From the human T2T-CHM13v2.0 reference genome, Homo sapiens: a stretch of 64,000 bases of DNA. Below the pieces are notes generated by a model, which was given only the letters and a program-made list of their open reading frames with translations, ran no database searches and was not told where the DNA came from. Made by a program: the position numbers and the translations under genes. Numbering within the stretch: the first letter of the stretch is position 1; every line of letters starts with the position of its first letter. The stretch lies in the NCBI RefSeq assembly GCF_009914755.1, contig NC_060935.1; one strand, given 5' to 3'. Positions 51,031-64,000 of this stretch are shown here, one piece after another.

Positions 51031-52699
51031 GAAGCATTCTGAGAAACTTCTTTGTGATGTTTGCATTCAAATCACAGGGTTGAAACTTGCTTTCATAGTT
51101 CAGCTTTCAAACACTCTTTTTGTAGAATCTGCAAGTGGATATTTGGACCACTTTGTGGCCTTCCTTCGAAACGGGTATATCTTCACATCAAACCTAGACA
51201 GAAGCATTCTCAGAATGTTTCCTGTGATGACTGCATTCAACACACAGAGATGAACAATCCTGCTGATGGAGCAGTTTTGAAACTCACTTTCTTTGGATTC
51301 TGCAAGTGGATATGTGGACCTCTGTGAGGATTTCGTTGGAAACGGGTTCATCTTCACAGAAAAACTAAACAGAAGCATTCTCAGAAACTGCTTTGTGATG
51401 GTTGTGTTCCACTTCAAGAATTGAACTTTCCTCTTGACAGAGCAGCTCTGAAACCCTCTTTTTCTAGAATCTGCAAGTGGACATTTGGAGGGCTTTGAGG
51501 CCTGTGGTGGAAAAGGAAAATCTTCACATAAAAACTAGATGGAAGCATTCTCAGAAACCACTTTGTGATGATTGCATTCGACTCACAGAGTTGAACATTC
51601 CTATAGATAGAGCAGGTTGTAAACAATCTTTTTGTAGAATCTGCGATTGGAGATTTGGACTGCTTTGAGGCCTACTGTAGTAAAGGAAAGAACTTCATCT
51701 AAAAACCAAACGGAAGCATTCACAGCCAATTCTTGGTGATCATTGGATTGAACTAACAGAGCTGAACATTCCTTTAGATGGCGCAGTTTCCAAACACACT
51801 TTCTGTAGAATCTGCAAGTGGATATTTGGACCTCTCTGAGGATTTCGTTGGAAACGGGATAAAATTCCCAGAACTACACGGAAGCATTCTGAGAAACTTC
51901 TTTGTGATGTTTGCATTCAACTCACAGAGTTGAACATGGTTTCATAGTTCAGCTTTCAAACACTCTTTTTGTAGAATCTGCAAGTGGATATTTGGACCAC
52001 TTTGTGGCCTTCCTTCGAAACGGGTATATCTTCACATCAAACCTAGACAGAAGCATTCTCAGAATGTTTCCTGTGATGACTGCATTCAACTCACAGAGGT
52101 GAACAATCCTGCTGATGGAGCAGTTTTGAAACTCTCTTTCTTTGGATTCTGCAAGTGGATATGTGGACCTCTGTGAAGATTTCGTTGGAAACGGGTTCAT
52201 CTTCACAGAAAAACTAAACAGGAGCATTCTCAGAAACTGCTTTGTGATGTTTGTGTTCCACTTCAGGAATTGAACTTTCCTCTTGACAGAGCAGCTCTGA
52301 AACCCTCTTTTTCTAGAATCTGCAAGTGGACATTTGGAGGGCTTTGAGTCCTGTGGTGGAAAAGGAAAATCTTCACATAAAAACTAGATGGAAGCATTCT
52401 CAGAAACTACTTTGTGATGATTGCATTCGACTCACAGAGTTGAACATTCCTATAGATAGAGCAGGTTGTAAACAATCTTTTTGTAGAATCTGCGATTGGA
52501 GATTTGGACTGCTTTGAGGCCTACTGTAGTAAAGGAAATAACTTCATCTAAAAACCAAACGGAAGCATTCACAGACAATTCTTAGTGATCATTGGATTGA
52601 ACTAACAGAGCTGAACATTCCTTTAGATGGCGCAGTTTCCAAACACACTTTCTGTAGAATCTGCAAGTGGACATTTGGACCTCTCTGAGGATTTCGTTG

Positions 52700-55600
52700 G
52701 AAACGGGATAAACTTCCCAGAACTACACGGAAGCATTCTGAGAAACTTCTTTGTGATGTTTGCATTCAACTCACAGAGTTGAACATGGTTTCATAGTTCA
52801 GCTTTCAAACACTCTTTTTGTAGAATCTGCAAGTGGATATTTGGACCACTTTGTGGCCTTCCTTCGAAACGGGTATATCTTCACATCAAACCTAGACAGA
52901 AGCATTCTCAGAATGTTTCCTGTGATGACTGCATTCAACTCACAGAGGTGAACAATCCTGCTGATGGAGCAGTTTTGAAACTCTCTTTCTTTGGATTCTG
53001 CAAGTGGATATGTGGACCTCTGTGAAGATTTCATTGGAAACGGGTTCATCTTCACAGAAAAACTAAACAGGAGCATTCTCAGAAACTGCTTTGTGATGTT
53101 TGTGTTCCACTTCAGGAATTGAACTTTCCTCTTGACAGAGCAGCTCTGAAACCCTCTTTTCTAGAATCTGCAAGTGGACATTTGGAGGGCTTTGAGGCCT
53201 GTGGTGGAAAAGGAAAATCTTCACATAAAAACTAGATGGAAGCATTCTCAGAAACTACTTTGTGATGATTGCATTCGACTCACAGAGTTGAACATTCCTA
53301 TAGATAGAGCAGATTGTAAACAATCTTTTCGTAGAATCTGCGATTGGAGATTTGGACTGCTTTGAGGCCTACTGTAGTAAAGGAAATAACTTCATCTAAA
53401 AACCAAACGGAAGCATTCACAGACAATTCTTAGTGATCATTGGATTGAACTAACAGAGCTGAACATTCCTTTAGATGGAGCAGTTTCCAAACACACTTTC
53501 TGTAGAATCTGCCAGTGGATATTTTGACCTCTCTGAGGGTTTCGTTGGAAAAGGGATAAACTTCCCAAAACTACACGGAAGCATTCTGAGAAACTTCTTT
53601 GTGATGTTTGCATTCAACTCACAGGGTTGAAACTTGCTTTCATAGTTCAGCTTTGAAACACTCTTTTTGTAGAATCTGCAAGTGGATATTTGGACCACTT
53701 TGTGGCCTTCCTTCGAAACGGGTATATCTTCACATCAAACCTAGACAGAAGCATTCTCAGAATGTTTCCTGTGATGACTGCATTCAACTCTCAGAGGTGA
53801 ACAATCCTGTTGATGGAGCAGTTTTGAAACTCTCTTTCTTTGGATTCTGCAAGTGGGTATGTGGACCTCTGTGAAGATTTCGTTGGAAACGGGTTCATCT
53901 TCACAGAAAAACTAAACAGGAGCATTCTCAGAAACTGCTTTGTGATGTTTGTGTTCCACTTTAGGAATTGAACTTTCCTCTTGACAGAGCAGCTCTGAAA
54001 CCCTCTTTTTCTAGAATCTGCAAGTGGACATTTGGAGGGCTTTGAGGCCTGTGGTGGAAAAGGAAAATCCTCACATAAAAACTAGATGGAAGCATTCTCA
54101 GAAACTACTTTGTGATGATTGCATTCGACTCACAGAGTTGAACATTCCTATAGATAGAGCAGGTTGTAAACAATCTTTTTGTAGAATCTGCGATTGGAGA
54201 TTTGGACTGCTTTGAGGCCTACTGTAGTAAAGGAAATAACTTCATCTAAAAACCAAACGGAAGCATTCACAGACAATTCTTAGTGATCATTGGATTGAAC
54301 TAACAGAGCTGAACATTCCTTTAGATGGAGCAGTTTCCAAACACACTTTCTGTAGAATCTGCAAGTGGACATTTGGACCTCTCTGAGGGTTTCGTTGGAA
54401 ACGGGATAAACTTCCCAGAACTACACGGAAGCATTCTGAGAAACTTCTTTGTGATGTTTGCATTCAACTCACAGAGTTGAACCTTGCTTTCATAGTTCAG
54501 CTTTCAAACACTCTTTTTATAGAATCTGCAAGTGGATATTTGGACCACTTTGTGGCCTTCCTTCGAAACGGGTATATCTTCACATCAAACCTAGACAGAA
54601 GCATTCTCAGAATGTTTCCTGTGATGACTGCATTCAACTCACAGAGGTGAACAATCCTGTTGATGGAGCAGTTTTGAAACTCTCTTTCTTTGGATTCTGC
54701 AAGTGGATATGTGGACCTCTGTGAAGATTTCGTTGGAAACGGGTTCATCTTCACAGAAAAACTAAACAGGAGCATTCTCAGAAACTGCTTTATGATGTTT
54801 GTGTTCCACGTCAGGAATTGAACTTTCCTCTTGACAGAGCAGCTCTGAAACCCTCTTTTTCTAGAATCTGCAAGTGGACATTTGGAGGGCTTTGAGTCCT
54901 GTGGTGGAAAAGGAAAATCTTCACATAAAAACTAGATGGAAGCATTCTCAGAAACTACTTTGTGATGATTGCATTCGACTCACAGAGTTGAACATTCCTA
55001 TAGATAGAGCAGGTTGTAAACAATCTTTTTTTAGAATCTGCGATTGGAGATTTGGACTGCTTTGAGGCCTACTGTAGTAAAGGAAATAACTTCATCTAAA
55101 AACCAAACGGAAGCATTCACAGCCAATTCTTAGAGATCATTGGATTGAACTAACAGAGCTGAACATTCCTTTAGATGGAGCAGTTTCCAAACACACTTTC
55201 TGTAGAATCTGCAAGTGGATATTTGGACCTCTCTGAGGATTTCATTGGAAACGGGATAAACTTCCCAGAACTATACGGAAGCATTCTGAGAAACTTCTTT
55301 GTGATGTTTGCATTCAACTCACAGAGTTGAACATGGTTTCATAGTTCAGCTTTCAAACACTCTTTTTGTAGAATCTGCAAGTGGATATTTGGACCACTTT
55401 GTGGCCTTCCTTCGAAACGGGTATATCTTCACATCAAACCTAGACAGAAGCATTCTCAGAATGTTTCCTGTGATGACTGCATTCAACTCACAGAGGTGAA
55501 CAATCCTGCTGATGGAGCAGTTTTGAAACTCTCTTTCTTTGGATTCTGCAAGTGGATATGTGGACCTCTGTGAAGATTTCGTTGGAAACGGGTTCATCTT

Positions 55601-58150
55601 CACAGAAAAACTAAACAGGAGCATTCTCAGAAACTGCTTTGTGATGTTTGTGTTCCACTTCAGGAATTGAACTTTCCTCTTGACAGAGCAGCTCTGAAAC
55701 CCTCTTTTCTAGAATCTGCAAGTGGACATTTGGAGGGCTTTGAGGCCTGTGGTGGAAAAGCAAAATCTTCACATAAAAACTAGATGGAAGCATTCTCAGA
55801 AACTACTTTGTGATGATTGCATTCGACTCACAGAGTTGAACATTCCTATAGATAGAGCAGATTGTAAACAATCTTTTCGTAGAATCTGCGATTGGAGATT
55901 TGGACTGCTTTGAGGCCTACTGTAGTAAAGGAAATAACTTCATCTAAAAACCAAACGGAAGCATTCACAGACAATTCTTAGTGATCATTGGATTGAACTA
56001 ACAGAGCTGAACATTCCTTTAGATGGAGCAGTTTCCAAACACACTTTCTGTAGAATCTGCCAGTGGATATTTTGACCTCTCTGAGGGTTTCGTTGGAAAA
56101 GGGATAAACTTCCCAAAACTACACGGAAGCATTCTGAGAAACTTCTTTGTGATGTTTGCATTCAACTCACAGGGTTGAAACTTGCTTTCATAGTTCAGCT
56201 TTGAAACACTCTTTTTGTAGAATCTGCAAGTGGATATTTGGACCACTTTGTGGCCTTCCTTCGAAACGGGTATATCTTCACATCAAACCTAGACAGAAGC
56301 ATTCTCAGAATGTTTCCTGTGATGACTGCATTCAACTCTCAGAGGTGAACAATCCTGTTGATGGAGCAGTTTTGAAACTCTCTTTCTTTGGATTCTGCAA
56401 GTGGGTATGTGGACCTCTGTGAAGATTTCGTTGGAAACGGGTTCATCTTCACAGAAAAACTAAACAGGAGCATTCTCAGAAACTGCTTTGTGATGTTTGT
56501 GTTCCACTTTAGGAATTGAACTTTCCTCTTGACAGAGCAGCTCTGAAACCCTCTTTTTCTAGAATCTGCAAGTGGACATTTGGAGGGCTTTGAGGCCTGT
56601 GGTGGAAAAGGAAAATCCTCACATAAAAACTAGATGGAAGCATTCTCAGAAACTACTTTGTGATGATTGCATTCGACTCACAGAGTTGAACATTCCTATA
56701 GATAGAGCAGGTTGTAAACAATCTTTTTGTAGAATCTGCGATTGGAGATTTGGACTGCTTTGAGGCCTACTGTAGTAAAGGAAATAACTTCATCTAAAAA
56801 CCAAACGGAAGCATTCACAGACAATTCTTAGTGATCATTGGATTGAACTAACAGAGCTGAACATTCCTTTAGATGGAGCAGTTTCCAAACACACTTTCTG
56901 TAGAATCTGCAAGTGGACATTTGGACCTTTCTGAGGGTTTCGTTGGAAACGGGATAAACTTCCCAGAACTACACGGAAGCATTCTGAGAAACTTCTTTGT
57001 GATGTTTGCATTCAACTCACAGAGTTGAACCTTGCTTTCATAGTTCAGCTTTCAAACACTCTTTTTATAGAATCTGCAAGTGGATATTTGGACCACTTTG
57101 TGGCCTTCCTTCGAAACGGGTATATCTTCACATCAAACCTAGACAGAAGCATTCTCAGAATGTTTCCTGTGATGACTGCATTCAACTCACAGAGGTGAAC
57201 AATCCTGTTGATGGAGCAGTTTTGAAACTCTCTTTCTTTGGATTCTGCAAGTGGATATGTGGACCTCTGTGAAGATTTCGTTGGAAACGGGTTCATCTTC
57301 ACAGAAAAACTAAACAGGAGCATTCTCAGAAACTGCTTTATGATGTTTGTGTTCCACGTCAGGAATTGAACTTTCCTCTTGACAGAGCAGCTCTGAAACC
57401 CTCTTTTTCTAGAATCTGCAAGTGGACATTTGGAGGGCTTTGAGTCCTGTGGTGGAAAAGGAAAATCTTCACATAAAAACTAGATGGAAGCATTCTCAGA
57501 AACTACTTTGTGATGATTGCATTCGACTCACAGAGTTGAACATTCCTATAGATAGAGCAGGTTGTAAACAATCTTTTTTTAGAATCTGCGATTGGAGATT
57601 TGGACTGCTTTGAGGCCTACTGTAGTAAAGGAAATAACTTCATCTAAAAACCAAACGGAAGCATTCACAGCCAATTCTTAGAGATCATTGGATTGAACTA
57701 ACAGAGCTGAACATTCCTTTAGATGGAGCAGTTTCCAAACACACTTTCTGTAGAATCTGCAAGTGGATATTTGGACCTCTCTGAGGATTTCATTGGAAAC
57801 GGGATAAACTTCCCAGAACTATACGGAAGCATTCTGAGAAACTTCTTTGTGATGTTTGCATTCAACTCACAGAGTTGAACATGGTTTCATAGTTCAGCTT
57901 TCAAACACTCTTTTTGTAGAATCTGCAAGTGGATATTTGGACCACTTTGTGGCCTTCCTTCGAAACGGGTATATCTTCACATCAAACCTAGACAGAAGCA
58001 TTCTCAGAATGTTTCCTGTGATGACTGCATTCAACTCACAGAGGTGAACAATCCTGCTGATGGAGCAGTTTTGAAACTCTCTTTCTTTGGATTCTGCAAG
58101 TGGATATGTGGACCTCTGTGAAGATTTCGTTGGAAACGGGTTCATCTTCA
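52700..58150 (+). repeat. Tandem duplication of a 3-HOR block (period 2548 bp)
   Basis: Variants repeat at +2548: CAGATTG ~53313/55861, CTTTGAAAC ~53655/56203, AATCCTC ~54070/56618, TTTTATAG ~54519/57067, CCACGTC ~54810/57358, TTCATTGG ~55244/57792. Confidence 0.92.
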
Positions 58151-61100
58151 CAGAAAACCTAAACAGGAGCATTCTCAGAAACTGCTTTGTGATGTTTGTG
58201 TTCCACTTCAGGAATTGAACTTTCCTCTTGACAGAGCAGCTCTGAAACCCTCTTTTTCTAGAATCTGCAAGTGGACATTTGGAGGGCTTTGAGTCCTGTG
58301 GTGGAAAAGGAAAATCTTCACATAAAAACTAGATGGAAGCATTCTCAGAAACTACTTTGTGATGATTGCATTCGACTCACAGAGTTGAACATTCCTATAG
58401 ATAGAGCAGGTTGTAAACAATCTTTTTGTAGAATCTGCGATTGGAGATTTGGACTGCTTTGAGGCCTACTGTAGTAAAGGAAATAACTTCATCTAAAAAC
58501 CAAACGGAAGCATTCACAGCCAATTCTTAGAGATCATTGGATTGAACTAACAGAGCTGAACATTCCTTTAGATGGAGCAGTTTCCAAACACACTTTCTGT
58601 AGAATCTGCAAGTGGATATTTGGACCTCTCTGAGGATTTCGTTGGAAACGGGATAAAATTCCCAGAACTACACAGAAGCATTCTGAGAAACTTCTTTGTG
58701 ATGTTTGCATTCAACTCACAGAGTTGAACCTTGCTTTCATAGTTCAGCTTTCAAACACTCTTTTTGTAGAATCTGCAAGTGGATATTTGGACCACTTTGT
58801 GGCCTTCCTTCGAAACGGGTATATCTTCACATCAAACCTAGACAGAAGCATTCTCAGAATGTTTCCTGTGATGACTGCATTCAACTCACAGAGGTGAACA
58901 ATCCTGCTGATGGAGCAGTTTTGAAACTCTCTTTCTTTGGATTCTGCAAGTGGATATGTGGACCTCTGTGAAGATTTCGTTGGAAACGGGTTCATCTTCA
59001 CAGAAAAACTAAACAGGAGCATTCTCAGAAACTGCTTTGTGATGTTTGTGTTCCACTTAAAGAATTGAACTTTCCTCTTGACAGAGCAGCTCTGAAACCC
59101 TCTTTTTCTAGAATCTGCAAGTGGACATTAGGAGGGCTTTGAGGCCTGTGGTGGAAAAGGAAAATCTTCACATAAAAACTAGATGGAAGCATTCTCAGAA
59201 ACTACTTTGTGATGATTGCATTCGACTCACAGAGTTGAACATTCCTATAGATAGAGCAGGTTGTAAACAATCTTTTTGTAGAATCTGCGATTGCAGGTTT
59301 GGACTGCTTTGAGGCCTACTGTAGTAAAGGAAATAACTTCATCTAAAAACCAAACGGAAGCATTCACAGACAATTCTTAGTGATCATTGGATTGAACTAA
59401 CAGAGCTGAACATTCCTTTAGATGGCGCAGATTCCAAACACACTTTCTTTAGAATCTGCAAGTGGATATTTGGACCTCTCTGAGGATTTCGTTGGAAACG
59501 GGATAAACTTCCCAGAACTACACGGAAGCATTCTGAGAAACTTCTTTGTGATGTTTGCATTCAACTCACAGAGTTGAACCTTGCTTTCATAGTTCAGCTT
59601 TCAAATACTCTTTTTGTAGAACCTGCAAGTGGATATTTGGACCACTTTGTGGCCTTCCTTCGAAACGGGTATATATTCACATCAAACCTAGACAGAAGCA
59701 TTCTCAGAATGTTTCCTCTGATGACTGCATTCAACCCACAGAGGTGAACAATCCTGCTGATGGAGCAGTTTTGAAACTCTCTTTCTTTGGATTCTGCAAG
59801 TGGATATGTGGACCTCTGTGAAGATTTCGTTGGAAACGGGTTCATCTTCACAGAAAAACTAAACAGGAACATTCTCAGAAACTGCTTTGTGAAGTTTGTG
59901 TTCCATTTCAAGAATTGAACTTTCCTCTTGACAGAGCAGCTCTGAAACCCTCTTTTTCTAGAATCTGAAAGTGGACATTTGGAGGGCTTTGAGGCCTGTG
60001 GTGGAAAAGGAAAATCTTCACATAAAAACTAGATGGAAGCATTCTCAGAAACTACTTTGTGATGATTGCATTCGACTCACAGAGTTGAACATTCCTATAG
60101 ATAGAGCATGTTGTAAACAATCTTTTTGTAGAATCTGCGATTGGAGATGTGGATTGCTTTGAGGCCTACTGTAGTAAAGGAAATAACTTCATTTAAAAAC
60201 CAAACGGAAGCATTCACAGACAATTCTTAGTGATCATTGGATTGAACTAACAGAGCTGAACATTCCTTTAGATGGCGCAGATTCCAAACACACTTTCTGT
60301 AGAATCTGCAAGTGGATATTTGGACCTCTGTGAGGATTTCATTGGAAACGGGATAAACTTCCCAGAACAACACGGAAGCATTCTGAGAATCTTCTTTGTG
60401 ATGTTTGCATTCAACTCAGAGAGTTGAACCTTGCTTTCATAGTTCAGCTTTCAAACACTCTTTTTGTAGAATCTGCAAGTGGATATTTGGACCACTTTGT
60501 GGCCTTCCTTCGAAACGGGTATATCTTCACATCAAACCTACACAGAAGCATTCTCAGAATGTTTCCTGTGATGACTGCATTCAACTGACAGAGGTGAACA
60601 ATCCTGTTGATGGTGCAGTTTTGAAACTCTCTTCCTTTGGATTCTGCAAGTGGATATGTGGACCTCTGTGAAGATTTCGTTGGAAACGGGTTCATCTTCA
60701 CAGAAAAACTAAACAGGAGCATTCTCCGAAACTTCTTTGTGATGTTTGTGTTCCACTTTAGGAATTGAACTTTCCTCTTGACAGAGCAGCTCTGAAACCC
60801 TCTTTTTCTAGAATCTGCAAGTGGACATTTGGAGGGCTTTGAGGCCTGTGGTGGAAAAGGAAAATCTTCACATAAAAACTAGATGGAAGCATTCTCAGTA
60901 ACTACTTTGTGATGATTGCATTCGACTCACAGAGTTGAACATTCCTATAGATAGAGCAGGTTGTAAACAATCTTTTTGTAGAATCTGCGATTGGAGATTT
61001 GGACTGCTTTGAGGCCTACTGTAGTAAAGGAAATAACTTCATCTAAAAACCAAACGGAAGCATTCACAGACAATTCTTAGTGATCATTGGATTGAACTAA

Positions 61101-64000
61101 CAGAGCTGAACATTCCTTTAGTTGGCGCAGTTTCCAAACTCACTTTCTGTAGAATCTGCAAGTGGATATTTGGACCTCTCTGAGGATTTCGTTGGAAACT
61201 GGATAACCTTCCCAGAACTACACGGAAGCATTCTGAGAAACTTCTTTGTGATGTTTGCATTCAACTCACAGAGTTGAACCTTGCTTTCATAGTTCAGCTT
61301 TCAAACCCTCTTTTTGTAGAATCTGCAAGTGGATATTTGGACCACTTTGTGGCCTTCCTTCGAAACGGGTATATCTTCACATCAAACCTAGACAGAAGCA
61401 TTCTCAGAATGTTTCCTGTGATGACTGCATTCAACTCACAGAGGTGAACAATAATGTTGATGGAGCAGTTTTGAAAATCTCTTTCTTTGGATTCTGCAAG
61501 TGGATATGTGGACCTCTGTGAAGATTTCGTTGGAAACGGGTTCATCTTCACAGAAAAACTAAACAGAAGCATTCTCAGAAACTGCTTTGTGATGTTTGTG
61601 TTCCACTTCAAGAATTGAACTTTCCTCTTGACAGAGCAGCTCTGAAACCCTCTTTTTCTAGAATCTGCAAGTGGACATTTGGAGGGCTTTGAGGCCTGTG
61701 TGGAAAAGGAAAATCTTCACATAAAAACTAGATGGAAGCATTCTCAGAAACTACTTTGCGATGATTGCATTCGACTCACAGAGTTGAACATTCCTATAGA
61801 TAGAGCCGGTTGTAAACAATCTTTTTGTAGAATCTGCGATTGGAGATTTGGACTGCTTTGAGGCCTACTGTAGTAAAGGAAATAACTTCATCTAAAAACC
61901 AAACGGAAGCATTCACAGACAATTCTTAGTGATCATTGGATTGAAGTAACAGAGCTGAACATTCCTTTAGATGGAGCAGTTTCCAAACACACTTTCTGTA
62001 GAATCTGCAAGTGGATATTTGGACCTCTCTGAGGATTTCGTTGGAAAAGGGATAAACTTCCCAGAACTACACGGAAGCATTCTGAGAAACTTCTTTGTGA
62101 TGTTTGCATTCAACTCACAGAGTTGAACCTTGCTTTCATAGTTCAGCTTTCAAACACTCTTTTTGTAGGATCTGCAAGTGGATATTTGACCACTTTGTGG
62201 CCTTCCTTCGAAACGGGTATATCTTCACATCAAACCTAGACAGAAGCATTCTCAGAATGTTTCCTGTGATGACTGCATTCAACTCACAGAGGTGAACAAG
62301 CCTGCTGATGGAGCAGTTTTGAAACTCTCTTTCTTTGGATTCTGCAAGTGGATATGTGGACCTCTGTGAAGATTTCGTTGGAAACGGGTTCATCTTCACA
62401 GAAAAACTAAACAGGAGCATTCTCAGAAACTGCTTTGTGATGTTTGTGTTCCACTTCAGGAATTGAGCTTTCCTCTTGACAGAGCAGCTCTGAAACCCTC
62501 TTTTTCTAGAATCTGCAAGTGGACATTTGGAGGGCTTTGAGTCCTGTGGTGGAAAAGGAAAATCTTCACATAAAAACTAGATGGAAGCATTCTCAGAAAC
62601 TACTTTGTGATGATTGCATTCGACTCACAGAGTTGAACATTCCTATAGATAGAGCAGGTTGTAAACAATCTTTTTGTAGAATCTGCGATTGGAGATTTGG
62701 ACTGCTTTGAGGCCTACTGTAGTAAAGGAAATAACTTCATCTAAAAACCAAACGGAAGCATTCACAGACAATTCTTAGTGATCATTGGATTGAACTAACA
62801 GAGCTGAACATTCCTTTAGATGGCGCAGTTTCCAAACACACTTTCTGTAGAATCTGCAAGTGGATATTTGGACCTCTCTGAGGATTTCGTTGGAAACGGG
62901 ATAAACTTCCCAGAACTACACGGAAGCATTCTGAGAAACTTCTTTGTGATATTTGCATTCAACTCACAGAGTTAAACCTTGCTTTCATAGTTCAGCTTTC
63001 AAACACTCTTTTTGTAGAATCTGCAAGTGGATATTGGGACCACTTTGTGGCCTTCCTTCAAAACGGGTATATCTTCACATCAAACCTAGACAGAAGCATT
63101 CTCAGAATGTTTCCTGTGATGACTGCATTCAACTCACAGAGGTGAACAATCCTGCTGAAGGAGCAGTTTTGAAACTCTCTTTCTTTGGATTCTGAAAGTG
63201 GATATGTGGACCTCTGTGAAGATTTCATTGGAAACGGGTTTATCTTCACAGAAAAACTAAACAGGAGCATTCTCAGAAACTGCTTTGTGATGTTTGTGTT
63301 CCACTTCAAGAATTGAACTTTCCTCTTGACAGAGCAGCTCTGAAACCCTCTTTTTCTAGAATCTGCAAGTGGACATTTGGAGGGCTTTGAGGCCTGTGGT
63401 GGAAAAGGAAAATCTTCACATAAAAACTAGATGGAAGCATTCTCAGAAACTACTTTGCGATGATTGCATTCGACTCACAGAGTTGAACATTCCTATAGAT
63501 AGAGCCGGTTGTAAACAATCTTTTTGTAGAATCTGCGATTGGAGATTTGGACTGCTTTGAGGCCTACTGTAGTAAAGGAAATAACTTCATCTAAAAACCA
63601 AACGGAAGCATTCACAGACAGTTCTTAGTGATCATTGGATAGAACTAACAGAGCTGAACATTCCTTTAGATGGAGCAGTTTCCAAACACACTTTCTGTAG
63701 AATCTGCAAGTGGATATTTGGACCTCTCTGAGGATTTCGTTGGAAACGGGATAAACTTCCCAGAACTACACGAAAGTATTCTGAGAAACTTCTTTGTGAT
63801 GTTTGCATTCAACTCACAGAGTTGAACCTTGCTTTCATAGTTCAGCTTTCAAACACTCTTTTTGTAGAATCTGCAAGTGGATATTTGGACCACTTTGTGG
63901 CCTTCCTTCGAAACGGGTATATCTTCACATCAAACCTACACAGAAGCATTCTCAGAATGTTTCCTGTGATGACTGCATTCAACTCACAGAGGTGAACAAT

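Larger units (their letters stand above)
1..64000 (+). repeat. Centromeric alpha satellite HOR array, about 75.3 copies of an 850-bp pentamer, head-to-tail
   Basis: About 170-bp monomers with alphoid motifs (CATTCTCAGAAACT, GTAGAATCTGCAAGTGGATATTTGG, CENP-B boxes). The same landmark recurs at 77, 927, 1777 ... 62953, 63803 (period 850, occasionally 849 or 848). I saw no interruption or strand switch. Confidence 0.99.

Noticed and set aside
77-63560. Roughly 220 short ORFs (60-106 aa) in a few recurring families on both strands, including Cys/His-rich peptides
   Set aside because: They recur only because the satellite does. Many use TTG/GTG starts, they overlap on opposite strands and are freely broken by stops and frameshifts. 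I see no gene structure or recognisable domain.
1-64000. CRISPR-like or other repeat-spacer system suggested by regular periodicity
   Set aside because: There are no unique spacers and no associated genes. The entire unit repeats and is classical alpha satellite.
1-64000. Hidden L1/Alu insertion, inversion or variant-length HOR
   Set aside because: The 850-bp register is kept throughout and its 24-bp drift is fully explained by 1-bp deletions, leaving no room for an insertion or monomer loss.
1-64000. Alternative assignment to DXZ1, D17Z1 or a dimeric-family array
   Set aside because: Those have 12-mer, 16-mer or dimer-based periods. Here near-identity recurs every 5 monomers.
1-64000. Claim that this window is the CENP-A/kinetochore-forming part of the array
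   Set aside because: That position is epigenetically defined and cannot be read from sequence alone.

Overview
The whole 64 kb window is one uninterrupted, single-orientation array of primate centromeric alpha satellite. It holds about 75.3 copies of an 850-bp, 5-monomer higher-order repeat (HOR) with one XbaI site per unit. A pentameric 850-bp XbaI unit with three consecutive B-type and two A-type monomers matches the human chromosome 11 active array D11Z1 (suprachromosomal family 3). Each canonical unit has two intact CENP-B boxes, one fixed degenerate box and two pJalpha-type boxes. I see no genes, RNA genes, transposon insertions, inversions or monomer-level HOR variants, and all listed ORFs are by-products of the repeat. 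I found no new biological system. The informative signal is in the single-base variants between units. They record nested multi-HOR tandem duplications (5100, about 2550, 3399, 8495 and 2548 bp), dispersed re-use of haplotype blocks, narrowly mappable junctions, amplified CENP-B-box knock-out haplotypes, a dense variant cluster near 31.8 kb and a shift to a less homogenised layer after about 58.7 kb. All comparisons were made by eye with the ORF track as a variant index, so counts and breakpoints need confirming by alignment.
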